Part shown: positions 26,933 to 35,808 of the stretch, in pieces
Position numbering within the stretch: position 1 is the stretch's first letter
Layout of the letters: every line of letters begins with the position of its first letter
DNA from: a virus
Length of the DNA: 64,000 bases
IMG/VR virus record: IMGVR_UViG_3300024352_000023
Span: 19,146-83,145 of that record
Strand: one strand, 5' to 3'
Translations under genes and position numbers: made by a program
Notes under the pieces: generated by a model
What the model saw: only the letters and a program-made list of their open reading frames with translations
Databases searched by the model: none
What the model was told of the DNA's origin: nothing

Positions 26933-27538
26933 TTATTTAGCTACTTTCTCACGTTGCAGCCAATACCAATAGGCATGGGATGCATTCTGATGAAAGCGTT
27001 TACCCACCAGTAGTTTGAGCTTCTTTTGCTCTAGTTCATCAAGGCGTCCTTCGTTGTAAGGAAGAACTTCATTGCCATCGGCAAGCATGTTGATCTCAAG
27101 AGCATTCATCTCCAGTTGGAGGTTGAAGTCTTCGATGGCATGCTCATGGCAATTCATCTTGATGCGTGCATCTTCCCCATCAGTCGGCGGCGTCAATTTC
27201 AGGTAGAAGCTCTCCTGGATACTCGGATGCAGCCAAGTCCATTCCTTTACGGTCGAAGACTCGTGTGGAACGTACGCTGTAGTCTTGTTTGACTTGGACT
27301 CCAGCTGGTAATTGTTTACCCGTTTGATAGGCGTCACGGATTGCATCGAGGTTAGGGAGGACTTTAGTGGTTGATTTGGGTTCGATTCTCTCATCGAGAA
27401 TGTCTCCTGAGAGTGATCGTAATACAACTCGCTTGGTTGTGGTGACTGTTTCTTCAACGCAATAAAGTTCTCTTTCTTTAGTGTGCCAAAACTCCGGGTC
27501 CGTGGAGATTTCGACTGTGAGTTCCTTCTTTTTAACAA
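26933..27538 (-). CDS. Hypothetical protein (start uncertain, overlaps Gp157-like gene)
   Basis: The non-overlapping 3' part (26933 to about 27180) looks coding. Confidence 0.5.
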   Translation of the reverse strand: MLKRRNSQSKSPRTRSFGTLKKENFIALKKQSPQPSELYYDHSQETFSMRESNPNQPLKSSLTSMQSVTPIKRVNNYQLESKSNKTTAYVPHESSTVKEWTWLHPSIQESFYLKLTPPTDGEDARIKMNCHEHAIEDFNLQLEMNALEINMLADGNEVLPYNEGRLDELEQKKLKLLVGKRFHQNASHAYWYWLQREKVAK

Positions 27539-27893
27539 GGGTGAACTGGTAGTTACGACCGGTGATCTTGTTCGAATCCTGGGGCAGAACCCGACGTAAA
27601 TAACTTAGCAAGCCTTTGAGGGACCGCAGTTGGGATTCGTGGTGACGCTTGGCTTGCGTGATGAGATCCCCTTCTTTTTTGATCCGCTCCAACGCATCTT
27701 CATGCGCTGCCATTGCGTAGTAGATGCGATCAATCTTCTCTGAACGGAGGAGGGCACAAGCTTCCAGCTCAGCTTTTGCCAGCTCTTGGGATTCAGGAGT
27801 GAGAAGAGGCAGAGACTTTTCGAGAGCAGCATAGTGCTCGTAAAGCTTAAGGATATTGAGATCCTTGAGTTTAGTCTGTGTGATTTGAGTCAT
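27180..27893 (-). CDS. Siphovirus Gp157-like protein
   Basis: Coiled coil, KIDRIYY...RIKKE, LL.YL, PNLDAIRDA...G.QLPAGV. Confidence 0.75.
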   Translation of the reverse strand: MTQITQTKLKDLNILKLYEHYAALEKSLPLLTPESQELAKAELEACALLRSEKIDRIYYAMAAHEDALERIKKEGDLITQAKRHHESQLRSLKGLLSYLRRVLPQDSNKITGRNYQFTLVKKKELTVEISTDPEFWHTKERELYCVEETVTTTKRVVLRSLSGDILDERIEPKSTTKVLPNLDAIRDAYQTGKQLPAGVQVKQDYSVRSTRVFDRKGMDLAASEYPGELLPEIDAAD

Positions 27894-27896
27894 GGC

Positions 27897-28010
27897 TCAG
27901 TTGAATTGAGTTTGAACTTTGTTGATTAAATAGGTCACCAGCATGCCTGCTGCTGCCCAAAGAAGATCTTTCATCACCGGAAGTACGGCGGCAAACAAGG
28001 ATTCGAACAT
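27897..28010 (-). CDS. Small membrane protein
   Basis: Manually read 37 aa MFESLFAAVLPVMKDLLWAAAGMLVTYLINKVQTQFN. Confidence 0.5.
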   Translation of the reverse strand: MFESLFAAVLPVMKDLLWAAAGMLVTYLINKVQTQFN

Positions 28011-28029
28011 GAGTTGAAGTGAGATGGAT

Positions 28030-28055
28030 GGTCAGTTTTACGTCATGACCAGGAC
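28030..28055 (-). ncRNA. Leader pseudoknot repeat, copy 1
   Basis: GTCCTGGTCATGACGTAAAACTGACC on the minus strand. Confidence 0.75.
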
Positions 28056-28082
28056 GGCGGAGTACCACACCCGGTGGCGGAG

Positions 28083-28457
28083 TCAGTCTACCAGGTCAGT
28101 CAAGCCCTTAGTCGTGACCTTGACCAGCTCAGAGAGGTAGTCAGTAAGTGCTTCGACCTTGGCGTTGACGGATTGGATTTCCTCCATCAGCTCCTCCCTG
28201 GAGGGAGTCAAACCAAAGATGTCGTTGTCCTTCAGTGCCTCTGGGTTGTTGGCCTTTTGGTACCGGCGACAATCATCGTTGGCTGCATAAACAGCATCTG
28301 TGAACAACTCATGAGTTGCTTTTAACTCCAAGTATCCAAGATCTTCTTCATCCAAGATGGCATGTGCACGTTTGTACAACTTGGCAGTAAACCTGATGTT
28401 GTCTTCAAAGAACTCCTCGTACTGTTCAGAGGGAAGGCCGTAGGTGTCAATCGACAT
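28083..28457 (-). CDS. Hypothetical protein
   Basis: Start taken at MSIDT. Confidence 0.6.
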   Translation of the reverse strand: MSIDTYGLPSEQYEEFFEDNIRFTAKLYKRAHAILDEEDLGYLELKATHELFTDAVYAANDDCRRYQKANNPEALKDNDIFGLTPSREELMEEIQSVNAKVEALTDYLSELVKVTTKGLTDLVD

Positions 28458-28695
28458 AACAATCCAAAGCTTCTCGGAGTGCATCAATCATAAAGGTTTC
28501 TTGTCCTTCTGGACCTAAGTCGGTCCACCATTGAAGATCAGGATCTTTGTCATCCCAATCAATACGGATGGTCATGGATCCATCCTCTTCATCAATGCAT
28601 TCAATCTGTAGCTTGTTGATCGAGTTCGGATTCAACGTGGCCCAAGAGGATGTTTTCTGCATAGGTTTCACAATCAGTTCTGATCTCTGCACCAA
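28447..28695 (-). CDS. Hypothetical protein
   Basis: EEDGSMTIRIDWD..DP motif seen in cyanophage proteins. Confidence 0.55.
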   Translation of the reverse strand: MVQRSELIVKPMQKTSSWATLNPNSINKLQIECIDEEDGSMTIRIDWDDKDPDLQWWTDLGPEGQETFMIDALREALDCYVD

Positions 28696-28764
28696 GTTTA
28701 ATCAGACCCCAGTAGGTATCTTCATTAACCTCAAGGTGCAGAGAATACTTACCATTTGAAAGCA

Positions 28765-29709
28765 TCATTGCTTTTTCACAGCGGCTTTGAGTTGTGGCAG
28801 AGATACACCAGGAAATGGTGTGTAACCAGCCTCCATCATATTGAAGAAAAGATCCCAGGCATGGTGCTGCGTGAACACCTCTTGTGGTTTGTACGTACGC
28901 CAGTGGGATAGAGGAGCTTGAGCACCAGACTTGGTGTGGAGCAGAACAAAGCGACCATCACTGATGTGATCCGAGGGCGGCGCATACCACCAGGCCACAC
29001 ACTTCTCAGGTGTACCGCTGGGACTGGCATTACGGGTATCAGTGCGTTTGCACAGCAGTTCCCTGTACTTGTTGAACCAAGTCAGGTGTATACACCACGG
29101 TTTAAATCCCTGGATTTCTTCTTGGAAAGCAGATAGATTTGAAAGCTGGCGTTGAAAGGACCCACATGAACAACTAGGTTCACCAAACGAGGACTGTTGT
29201 TCTTGCACATCATCCAGTTCACCGTCCATATCAAGCGGCCGATTCGGAAGCCGAAGTCCGTCAGGCGCAACCAAATGGCCCAGGTCCGTTTGGTCAGACT
29301 GAAGGAGTGCTTTGATCTTTTCGGGGTCTGATACATGTATGAACTTATCTGCCCAATGGGTTTGGAGTTTTGCATTCGAGGTTAGGTGTCCGAGTGCGTG
29401 CGTGTAGTTCCAGCCCTTAAACAATATGTAAGCATTGTTATGCCATACACTAGGGCCACGATAATTAGGGCCAAGATAAGAAAAGAAATCTTTGAGACGG
29501 TGGGTGTAAGAAGAGTAGGCAGCTTTGATTAGCTCCCGTGCGTAAGCCTGCTGACTACCATCGCGACGCACCACAACACAATCAGTATCTCGCAGATAGA
29601 TCCCAGCAATGTCGGTGTCATCAAAGTCTTGGTACGCACGGCGGATGTTCGTCCGCGTGTAGATGCACGCCTGCGCCGCGTTGAGTTCCTGGAGGATTTG
29701 CGTTGACAT
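28765..29709 (-). CDS. SWIM-type zinc finger protein
   Basis: CSCGSF...WCIH (CxC..CxH). Confidence 0.65.
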   Translation of the reverse strand: MSTQILQELNAAQACIYTRTNIRRAYQDFDDTDIAGIYLRDTDCVVVRRDGSQQAYARELIKAAYSSYTHRLKDFFSYLGPNYRGPSVWHNNAYILFKGWNYTHALGHLTSNAKLQTHWADKFIHVSDPEKIKALLQSDQTDLGHLVAPDGLRLPNRPLDMDGELDDVQEQQSSFGEPSCSCGSFQRQLSNLSAFQEEIQGFKPWCIHLTWFNKYRELLCKRTDTRNASPSGTPEKCVAWWYAPPSDHISDGRFVLLHTKSGAQAPLSHWRTYKPQEVFTQHHAWDLFFNMMEAGYTPFPGVSLPQLKAAVKKQ

Positions 29710-29733
29710 GATTTGAATTGGGTTGAGTTGAGA

Positions 29734-29937
29734 TCAGATGTAAAGGTCATGGTCTGGAGGAACTGACCTGTCTCTGGAACGTTCGCGAGCCATCTCGCGT
29801 GCTGCCTTACCGATACGGTATGAACCGTAGATGACAGCAGCCCATGCCACTGGTGTGGTTAGGCATGCGGCAATTGTACCAGCAACCAAAACCGTGGCGC
29901 CACCAGCAGTGATTGCAGCTTTGTCTTCAGGTTTCAT
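29734..29937 (-). CDS. Small membrane protein
   Basis: Hydrophobic segment, 67 aa. Confidence 0.55.
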   Translation of the reverse strand: MKPEDKAAITAGGATVLVAGTIAACLTTPVAWAAVIYGSYRIGKAAREMARERSRDRSVPPDHDLYI

Positions 29938-30015
29938 CAGTAATCCTTAATACATTTGGAAAGTGGTTGTTGAACTTAACTGTAGAAGTAAAATGTTTGT
30001 AACAACTTAATACAG

Positions 30016-30279
30016 ATGGAAGAGATTAAGTACGTACCATTAACTCAGTTCCAGATTGAACCAACACTTGATGATAAGTTTTGGCTGGAAAAAATCAAAC
30101 GATCCATACAAGAATGTGACTCTGTTAGTACCTTGAAAGAAATGGCGACCTTGCTTGCGCAGATCGCCACGAATCGTCAAGGTGTGATAAGGGGATTGAT
30201 CCAAGACATGTTCATCTTCAACAATGTTGCAGTTGAACCAAGTGATGTGACCAACCCCCAGGTTCCTGGATCAGAGTGA
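30016..30279 (+). CDS. nblA: NblA-like phycobilisome degradation protein (tentative)
   Basis: TLDDKFWLEKIKRSIQEC...LKEMATLL.....RQGVIRGLI fits the NblA helix-loop-helix pattern (LsLeqqF...R...l). Confidence 0.5.
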   Translation: MEEIKYVPLTQFQIEPTLDDKFWLEKIKRSIQECDSVSTLKEMATLLAQIATNRQGVIRGLIQDMFIFNNVAVEPSDVTNPQVPGSE

Positions 30280-31287
30280 CTCGTCTTCCCCGGTGAGTTC
30301 GTTGCGTGAGGGCAGAGCCTTCACTTCAACGGCATCAGTGGTACGGGAGACGGGCAGGATCTGCACGCCATCCTTGATTCCATAGGCACCACCAAGACGC
30401 TGGGCATCTTGACGGGAGTGCTGGTTGATGTAGTCATCAAACATCTCCTGCATCTTCCAGGTGGATTCACGATCTTCATCAGGAATCGACAGGCGATTCA
30501 AGGATTCGACCGCATCATCCTGGGAGCTGTAATCAGGAATCTCGAAGGATTCGATAGCGCAGATCTCAACGTTGTTAGCACCACGCATCTCATTAGCGAG
30601 GACGGGAGCAAACACCGTGGTGGCATAGAACTTCTCGTTGAATGCCAGAGGCACTTCAGAGTCCAGTGCTTTGCTCAGGCACTTGGACATTTCCTTCTCG
30701 TACAGCTTGACCTTGTCCGATACGTCGGTGCCGTTGAGACCCTTAAGAGTAAGGACCATCGGGATCTTGTGAGCACGCTTGTTGTCCTGGGTCAGGATGT
30801 AGACCAGATACTTGGTGCGCACGCTGTACTTGCGCTTGTACATCTCACCTTTGCTGTTGGCCAGATCAGCGGCCACCTTGTCGTTGTCAAACATGGCTTT
30901 GACATCGGGATCTTCAAAGGTGCCAATCGTCTGGCGCATCCCAGTGGTTTCTTCCACCATCAGTGGAGAACGCAACAGGATCTGAACGCGGGGTTCAGTG
31001 AAGTTGAGACCTTCCTCGATGGAAGTGTTGGGTGCCATGCCAAAGGTTTGCTTGTAATCCCAGATGACAGAACCTTTGGTGAACTGATCTTCTGTTGCAG
31101 TCCAACCGCAGGTATCAAGATCGGACTTACGGACAAACCAACCGCGTACTTTGGATTTGTTTAGAGGTTGAATGGTGACAAGATTCTGGTAACCAGAAAC
31201 AAATTCTTTGGACTGAAACATCCGGAAGGAGTCGAGTCCACGGGTTGCAAGCGCAGCAGTTTTCTTGGTGGTCATGGAAGAAGTCAT
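30271..31287 (-). CDS. DUF5895-like protein (cyanobacterial/phage, next to SSB)
   Basis: RTKYLVYILTQDNKRAHKIPMVLTLKG; start moved to MTSSM because the upstream part contains the leader repeat. Confidence 0.65.
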   Translation of the reverse strand: MTSSMTTKKTAALATRGLDSFRMFQSKEFVSGYQNLVTIQPLNKSKVRGWFVRKSDLDTCGWTATEDQFTKGSVIWDYKQTFGMAPNTSIEEGLNFTEPRVQILLRSPLMVEETTGMRQTIGTFEDPDVKAMFDNDKVAADLANSKGEMYKRKYSVRTKYLVYILTQDNKRAHKIPMVLTLKGLNGTDVSDKVKLYEKEMSKCLSKALDSEVPLAFNEKFYATTVFAPVLANEMRGANNVEICAIESFEIPDYSSQDDAVESLNRLSIPDEDRESTWKMQEMFDDYINQHSRQDAQRLGGAYGIKDGVQILPVSRTTDAVEVKALPSRNELTGEDESL

Positions 31288-31308
31288 GGTTGTTTCGTAG
31301 TCAGGAGT

Positions 31309-31334
31309 GAGCAGTTTAACGTCATGCTCAGGAC
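31309..31334 (-). ncRNA. Leader pseudoknot repeat, copy 2
   Basis: GTCCTGAGCATGACGTTAAACTGCTC. Confidence 0.75.
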
Positions 31335-31340
31335 GGATCA

Positions 31341-31583
31341 TCAGTCTGCTTTGGATCCACCCGCATTCATCACGTACACCTCAGTACTTAATGAATCGAA
31401 GTACATCTCAGACAGCTCCTTCATAGCTTCAAAGATGTTGCTTTCCATGTAGCCGCAACCCTTGAGGAAATCCACAAGGTGTTGCACGACATCATCAGCA
31501 ACCAGTGCTTTGAATTCGTGGAGGACTTTGGTGTTTTCGTCTTCGTAAAGCAGAGTGAATTGATCGTGAGTTGGAGTTGACAT
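31341..31583 (-). CDS. Hypothetical protein
   Basis: HEF...DDVV....DFLKGCGY motif common in phage proteins. Confidence 0.65.
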   Translation of the reverse strand: MSTPTHDQFTLLYEDENTKVLHEFKALVADDVVQHLVDFLKGCGYMESNIFEAMKELSEMYFDSLSTEVYVMNAGGSKAD

Positions 31584-32404
31584 CAGAATGGAAGTTCTTC
31601 AAGTTCAGGTGCTGCTCCGTATTGACCGGGCAGATCAGGCAACCCACCACCTGAGGCCTGGTTCCAGGGATCAGATTGTGTGTTGTTGCTTGCCCATAGG
31701 TTAACGGTGTTTTCAGCCGCTGCATTGTTTGTGGTGGATGCCACAGGTTTCACTTGGGACTCAACTGCACCATTGTCACTGGCCTTAGGAGGCAGGGTGA
31801 GATTGGAGACTTGAATCTTGGTAGATGTGCGGCGCTCCTTGGTTGCCTTATCAGTCCAGGCATCGGTCACCAGCTTGCCGTGAATCGTCAGGCCAACGCC
31901 CTTACGGGTGTAGTTGGCAATCAACTCTGCGTTATTCAGGCGATCTTTCGTGGAGTTGATGGCAAAGAAGTTAAAGAGATCTGCTTTGTTCTTGCCCATG
32001 GGGACAGAGAGCGTCTGGTTGCAGATCATCAGACCATCAGCTGTAGTGCGGAACACACGCTCATCTGATTCATCGATGTCTTTGATGCAACGACCCGAGA
32101 GGATCACATCGTTGAGGATGGGTGTACTTTCAGTAACTTCATACACAATTCCTCCATGCAACGAATACGTTCTGGATTGAACGTCGAAACGTAACTTGGC
32201 GCTGTGAATGTGCAGACGTGCGCCTGCTTTGTAGGTACGGAATTTCTCACAAGCTTTACCGTAGACATTGAGTTCAAGTGGAGTGGGTGCTTTGTTACTG
32301 ACCGGAGGCAGGTTAACGAGAGCACGCAGATTGAATGATGTCTCACTGGTGTAAACCTCACGGGGTTCTTCCATGAGGACAGCGCAGACAGATGCGAAGT
32401 TCAT
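31583..32404 (-). CDS. ssb: Single-stranded DNA-binding protein (two OB-like halves)
   Basis: NDVILSGR, RKGVGLTIHGKLVTDAWTDK..ERRT, acidic C-terminal EELPF. Confidence 0.8.
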   Translation of the reverse strand: MNFASVCAVLMEEPREVYTSETSFNLRALVNLPPVSNKAPTPLELNVYGKACEKFRTYKAGARLHIHSAKLRFDVQSRTYSLHGGIVYEVTESTPILNDVILSGRCIKDIDESDERVFRTTADGLMICNQTLSVPMGKNKADLFNFFAINSTKDRLNNAELIANYTRKGVGLTIHGKLVTDAWTDKATKERRTSTKIQVSNLTLPPKASDNGAVESQVKPVASTTNNAAAENTVNLWASNNTQSDPWNQASGGGLPDLPGQYGAAPELEELPF

Positions 32405-32425
32405 TGATTCAGACGGTAGGTGTTA

Positions 32426-32451
32426 AGGCAGTTTAACGTCATGCCTAGGAC
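32426..32451 (-). ncRNA. Leader pseudoknot repeat, copy 3
   Basis: GTCCTAGGCATGACGTTAAACTGCCT. Confidence 0.75.
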
Positions 32452-32457
32452 GTGGCA

Positions 32458-34317
32458 TTAGTGGGTTTGTGCCCAGGTGTAGCCGACGTGAGAGTCGCCT
32501 TCAATCTTACAGCGAAACCCAAAGAAGTCTTGTGCTTTCGGGAAGGCAGCCAGTGCGTGTTCCTGGATGATGGGCACGGTGTTCTCTGGGCAAGACAGCT
32601 GCACTTCATCGTGGATCATGGCGTGTTGGATCCAGTCCTTGCCATGCACCAAGCCAGCTGTTTCCAGTGATTCATGAATGTTGATGACCACTTGCTTCAT
32701 GAGTACAGCACCTGCAGCTTGGAGCAACACGTTCAATGCTTTGAATTCAGAGCGACACCAGAGTGCACGACCATCCAGTCCACGTAAGTAACCACGGTCA
32801 CAGAGTGCAAGCTCAAGGTTTTGTTTGAGTTTCTTGAGTGCTGGCACACCGTTCATAAATCCATTGATGGCGGACTTACCTAGCTGACGCAATGTTTCTG
32901 TATCTTTCTCATTCGGATCGATGATGGTACCAGCCTTAATGGCACCACATCCATACAACATTCCATACAGCAAACGCTTACTGATGTCCCTCGTCTCTAC
33001 ACCAAATTGTTGTTGGTTATAGGTATGGATATCAATGGATTCATCAGTTACCAGATTGGCGTACTCACCGTCATCCCAAACGGCTAGGTACCCTGCAAGA
33101 CAACGGAGTTCCAATGCTTTAGCATCCACCCCAATGAGATGCCAGTTGTAAGGAGCGTGAAAAAGATTACGGCATTCCTTGCCATAGGGTGAGTAAGACG
33201 CTGGAACCTGACCCATATTTGGATACCGATGGCTACAACGCCCAGTGATACAACCATTAGTAACCACGTCCCCGTGAATACATAGATCATCATTGTTGAC
33301 AAGCTTGAGCCATGCATTGTTTCCATCGGCAATTTGTCCAAGACGTTTTTTGATGAGCATGTACTCAGCCAGGGGCTGAGCTTCTGGGAATGGAAGCTGT
33401 TCTAGAACTTCATCATTAAGGATTGGATTTCCTTTCTCAGTTGTTTTCTCTGGTTTCCATCCGTACTTTTTCCACAGTCTATTAACAATTTGGTCACGAG
33501 ATCCAGGATTGAATTCCTCTGACCGTCGTTTAATAAATGGTTGTCCTTTAACATAACCACGCTTGCTGTTGTTTACCTTAGGGATAAACGTTTCTTCATG
33601 GATGATGGGCGGAAACAATTCCTTTAGATGAGACTCCAGTTCTTCTTGTTTTGCTCTAAGCACATCCACAAGATCAAGGCATGCATCAACATCAAAAGGA
33701 AAACCTGCTCGCACTTGTCTGTTAATTGCCAAGGCAAAGTCATGCTCAAGCTTGAGCGCTGGTTCCTCATAGTTTTGCCGTGTGATCTGCTCCCAGAGTT
33801 TTGTGGTGACCACAACATCCTGGATGCAGTAGTCAAGCATCTCTTGAGAAAATTCGGAGAAGTCTTTGAAGTTGATCTTGTGATCGGCCAACCTCCATCC
33901 CCATGCCTTAAGTGATGCGGATCCACGTAAGTCCTTTGGAACTTGCGGATATTGTTCGCAGTCCAAGTCATAGAGTCTCTCCTTTGGCCAGATCAGACGT
34001 GTGCAGATGAGGGTGTCAAGGATGCGTGCTTTGCAGACGAATTGATGCAGCTTTTGCAGAACCGGTACGTCATAGAAGATCACGTTGTGACCAATGAGTA
34101 CATCAGCGGTTGCCAGATGAGCAAGAGCATCAGCAATACGATCAGGCCCATAAGCAAAAGTTTGTTGTTTGTTGATGTCATAAATCACCAGACAATGAAC
34201 AACAGAAGCTTTGTCATACAGGCCATCAGTCTCGCAGTCAAAGACTAGCCACGTTTCATTTACGGAACTGGGCTTCGTCGCGAACTTGGAGTTCTTCACT
34301 GGCAAGACTGGTGTCAT
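32458..34317 (-). CDS. polA: Family A DNA polymerase (T7-like, with 3'-5' exonuclease)
   Basis: FDCETDGL, GHN..YD, YCIQDV; TGRCSH..PN, DAKALELR, KRLLYGMLYG, HDE. Confidence 0.95.
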   Translation of the reverse strand: MTPVLPVKNSKFATKPSSVNETWLVFDCETDGLYDKASVVHCLVIYDINKQQTFAYGPDRIADALAHLATADVLIGHNVIFYDVPVLQKLHQFVCKARILDTLICTRLIWPKERLYDLDCEQYPQVPKDLRGSASLKAWGWRLADHKINFKDFSEFSQEMLDYCIQDVVVTTKLWEQITRQNYEEPALKLEHDFALAINRQVRAGFPFDVDACLDLVDVLRAKQEELESHLKELFPPIIHEETFIPKVNNSKRGYVKGQPFIKRRSEEFNPGSRDQIVNRLWKKYGWKPEKTTEKGNPILNDEVLEQLPFPEAQPLAEYMLIKKRLGQIADGNNAWLKLVNNDDLCIHGDVVTNGCITGRCSHRYPNMGQVPASYSPYGKECRNLFHAPYNWHLIGVDAKALELRCLAGYLAVWDDGEYANLVTDESIDIHTYNQQQFGVETRDISKRLLYGMLYGCGAIKAGTIIDPNEKDTETLRQLGKSAINGFMNGVPALKKLKQNLELALCDRGYLRGLDGRALWCRSEFKALNVLLQAAGAVLMKQVVINIHESLETAGLVHGKDWIQHAMIHDEVQLSCPENTVPIIQEHALAAFPKAQDFFGFRCKIEGDSHVGYTWAQTH

Positions 34318-34489
34318 GTTTGTTAATCCACGTCAAGATCTGCTGAGCACCAGCCCTATATGGGTGGGAGAAGATCTTATTCAGAGCTACTTCTGAATCT
34401 AACGGAATTAATTGGAATTGATTTGAAGTCTTGCAGGCAGTGATGGCAAATGGCCTGCCATCTTTCCATGTAGCAATGACGTAAGACAT
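34256..34489 (-). CDS. Hypothetical protein
   Basis: 77 aa upstream of the polymerase. Confidence 0.55.
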   Translation of the reverse strand: MSYVIATWKDGRPFAITACKTSNQFQLIPLDSEVALNKIFSHPYRAGAQQILTWINKHDTSLASEELQVRDEAQFRK

Positions 34490-34544
34490 AAAGGAATGAA
34501 AGACGGACAGATACTATCCGATCTTTCATTCCCGTCAAGGTTCT

Positions 34545-35312
34545 TCAAGTTGTCTTCTGGTTTGATTTGCCGTATCCAACAAATCCACCTTCCTTCTTAC
34601 GTTGAGAAAGTGCTTTGCTTGCAGCGGACCCAGCACGCTGGGAGCCATGAACCAGCAGTGCGAAAGGTTTGTCACCTAAGCAGTGGCTATCGTCGTGATC
34701 AATCTCAAGCCCACGTTCTGCAGCCTCAACTTCTGTGTAGACCACATAAGCAATGCGCTGGAACACATGCGGATACTTTGGGATGAGGTAGTCAAGTGTC
34801 CCACCGAAAGATGCAGTGAGGTAGAAGTTGGATGGGATCTGATCACGCAGGTTGATCCACATACCAAGGGACTTGGTGTAGCTGTAGAACTTTTGCTTGG
34901 GCCGCTCCTGGGCAACCATGAGCCAAGCCTTCATGTAGTTCTCAGTCCAGTAGTCACCAGATTCGTGGACACGAACAAGGTCCCGTGGTGGTTGCATCAG
35001 CAGCGACATGTCAATCAGATCACGGAGGAGTGTGACCTGATTGCCGTTCATGTGGATGGTTTCACGCAGCAGATCCCAGTTGTGCCAACGGGCTTCACGT
35101 ACGTTGGGTCTGGTCTCTGCCATGGCAGCAAAGCAGCGGTACTCATCTGCTTCTGTACCAGTGAGCTGAGGTAGGTCACGGATCTCACCAGTGACACGAT
35201 CAGCCATGGTCTTACAGACACCAGCGTGTGGGCAGGAGTAGCCCGCTGGGATATTGAAGATGAGTCGGTTCTTGAGCTTGCCGTTACCAGTGGAGAACTT
35301 GAGGAGTTTCAT
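34545..35312 (-). CDS. Gp88-like protein
   Basis: GNGKL, FNIPAGYSCP.AG.C, CFA, VRVHESGDY, FYSYTKS; start moved to MKLLKF. Confidence 0.75.
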   Translation of the reverse strand: MKLLKFSTGNGKLKNRLIFNIPAGYSCPHAGVCKTMADRVTGEIRDLPQLTGTEADEYRCFAAMAETRPNVREARWHNWDLLRETIHMNGNQVTLLRDLIDMSLLMQPPRDLVRVHESGDYWTENYMKAWLMVAQERPKQKFYSYTKSLGMWINLRDQIPSNFYLTASFGGTLDYLIPKYPHVFQRIAYVVYTEVEAAERGLEIDHDDSHCLGDKPFALLVHGSQRAGSAASKALSQRKKEGGFVGYGKSNQKTT

Positions 35313-35348
35313 GGTGTTAAGTTGAGTTGAATGATAAGTAAAACTAAT

Positions 35349-35374
35349 GAGCAGTTTAAGGACATGCTCAGGTC
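35349..35374 (-). ncRNA. Leader pseudoknot repeat, copy 4
   Basis: GACCTGAGCATGTCCTTAAACTGCTC. Confidence 0.75.
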
Positions 35375-35430
35375 CATCTTCCCGTTCGGGAGTGTTACAC
35401 AATGAACGACATCATATACATCAAGCGTCA

Positions 35431-35454
35431 TATACTTTCCGTATCAATCGCTAC
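35431..35454 (+). promoter_or_regulatory. -10 box (TATACT) plus candidate NtcA box GTA-N8-TAC
   Basis: TATACT 35431-35436; GTATCAATCGCTAC 35441-35454 just before the DUF4278 ATG. Confidence 0.5.
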
Positions 35455-35460
35455 AGAATC

Positions 35461-35613
35461 ATGACGCTTACGTATCGGGGTGTCAAGTATGACAAGGACG
35501 AACAGGCTAAGAAAGATAAAGCCTGGTGGAATCTAGCCCATCGTCCGTGGCTACGCCTGACATACCGTAACATCGGCTACAATCCTTTCCTTACTGGAGG
35601 TCAAATCAAATGA
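35461..35613 (+). CDS. DUF4278-family small protein
   Basis: MTLTYRGVKY...LTYRNIGY. Confidence 0.75.
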   Translation: MTLTYRGVKYDKDEQAKKDKAWWNLAHRPWLRLTYRNIGYNPFLTGGQIK

Positions 35614-35726
35614 ACAAAGCATTGATTGTTTACCTGGTGAACCAGAAAAAGAAAGTGGCACGCAAGGATGTGGAATCCAAGCATGCCATCAAGGAATTAG
35701 AAAAACAAACAACCGCGACCTTCTGA
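35610..35726 (+). CDS. Small basic hypothetical protein
   Basis: 38 aa, ATGA-coupled to DUF4278. Confidence 0.45.
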   Translation: MNKALIVYLVNQKKKVARKDVESKHAIKELEKQTTATF

Positions 35727-35808
35727 TCGCCATTTGTTTACTTCGCCCTCTTGTTCTTCAGAGGGCTCACTGTATTTAAAGCCATCCATGCAGTTGAGCC
35801 ATGGTGCA

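Noticed and set aside
31309-31334. The repeat as a pistol or hammerhead ribozyme
   Set aside because: Only a superficial stem-TTAAA likeness; the remaining conserved cores and stems are absent
31288-31341. N-terminal extensions RPEHDVKLL, PEHVLKLL and RPEYDVKLL in three ORF-track proteins as a shared peptide motif
   Set aside because: They are in-frame translations of the non-coding pseudoknot leader; the true starts are downstream
35375-35460. Glutamine (Downstream-peptide) riboswitch upstream of DUF4278
   Set aside because: Only CGTTC...GAACG is present; the other conserved elements could not be found
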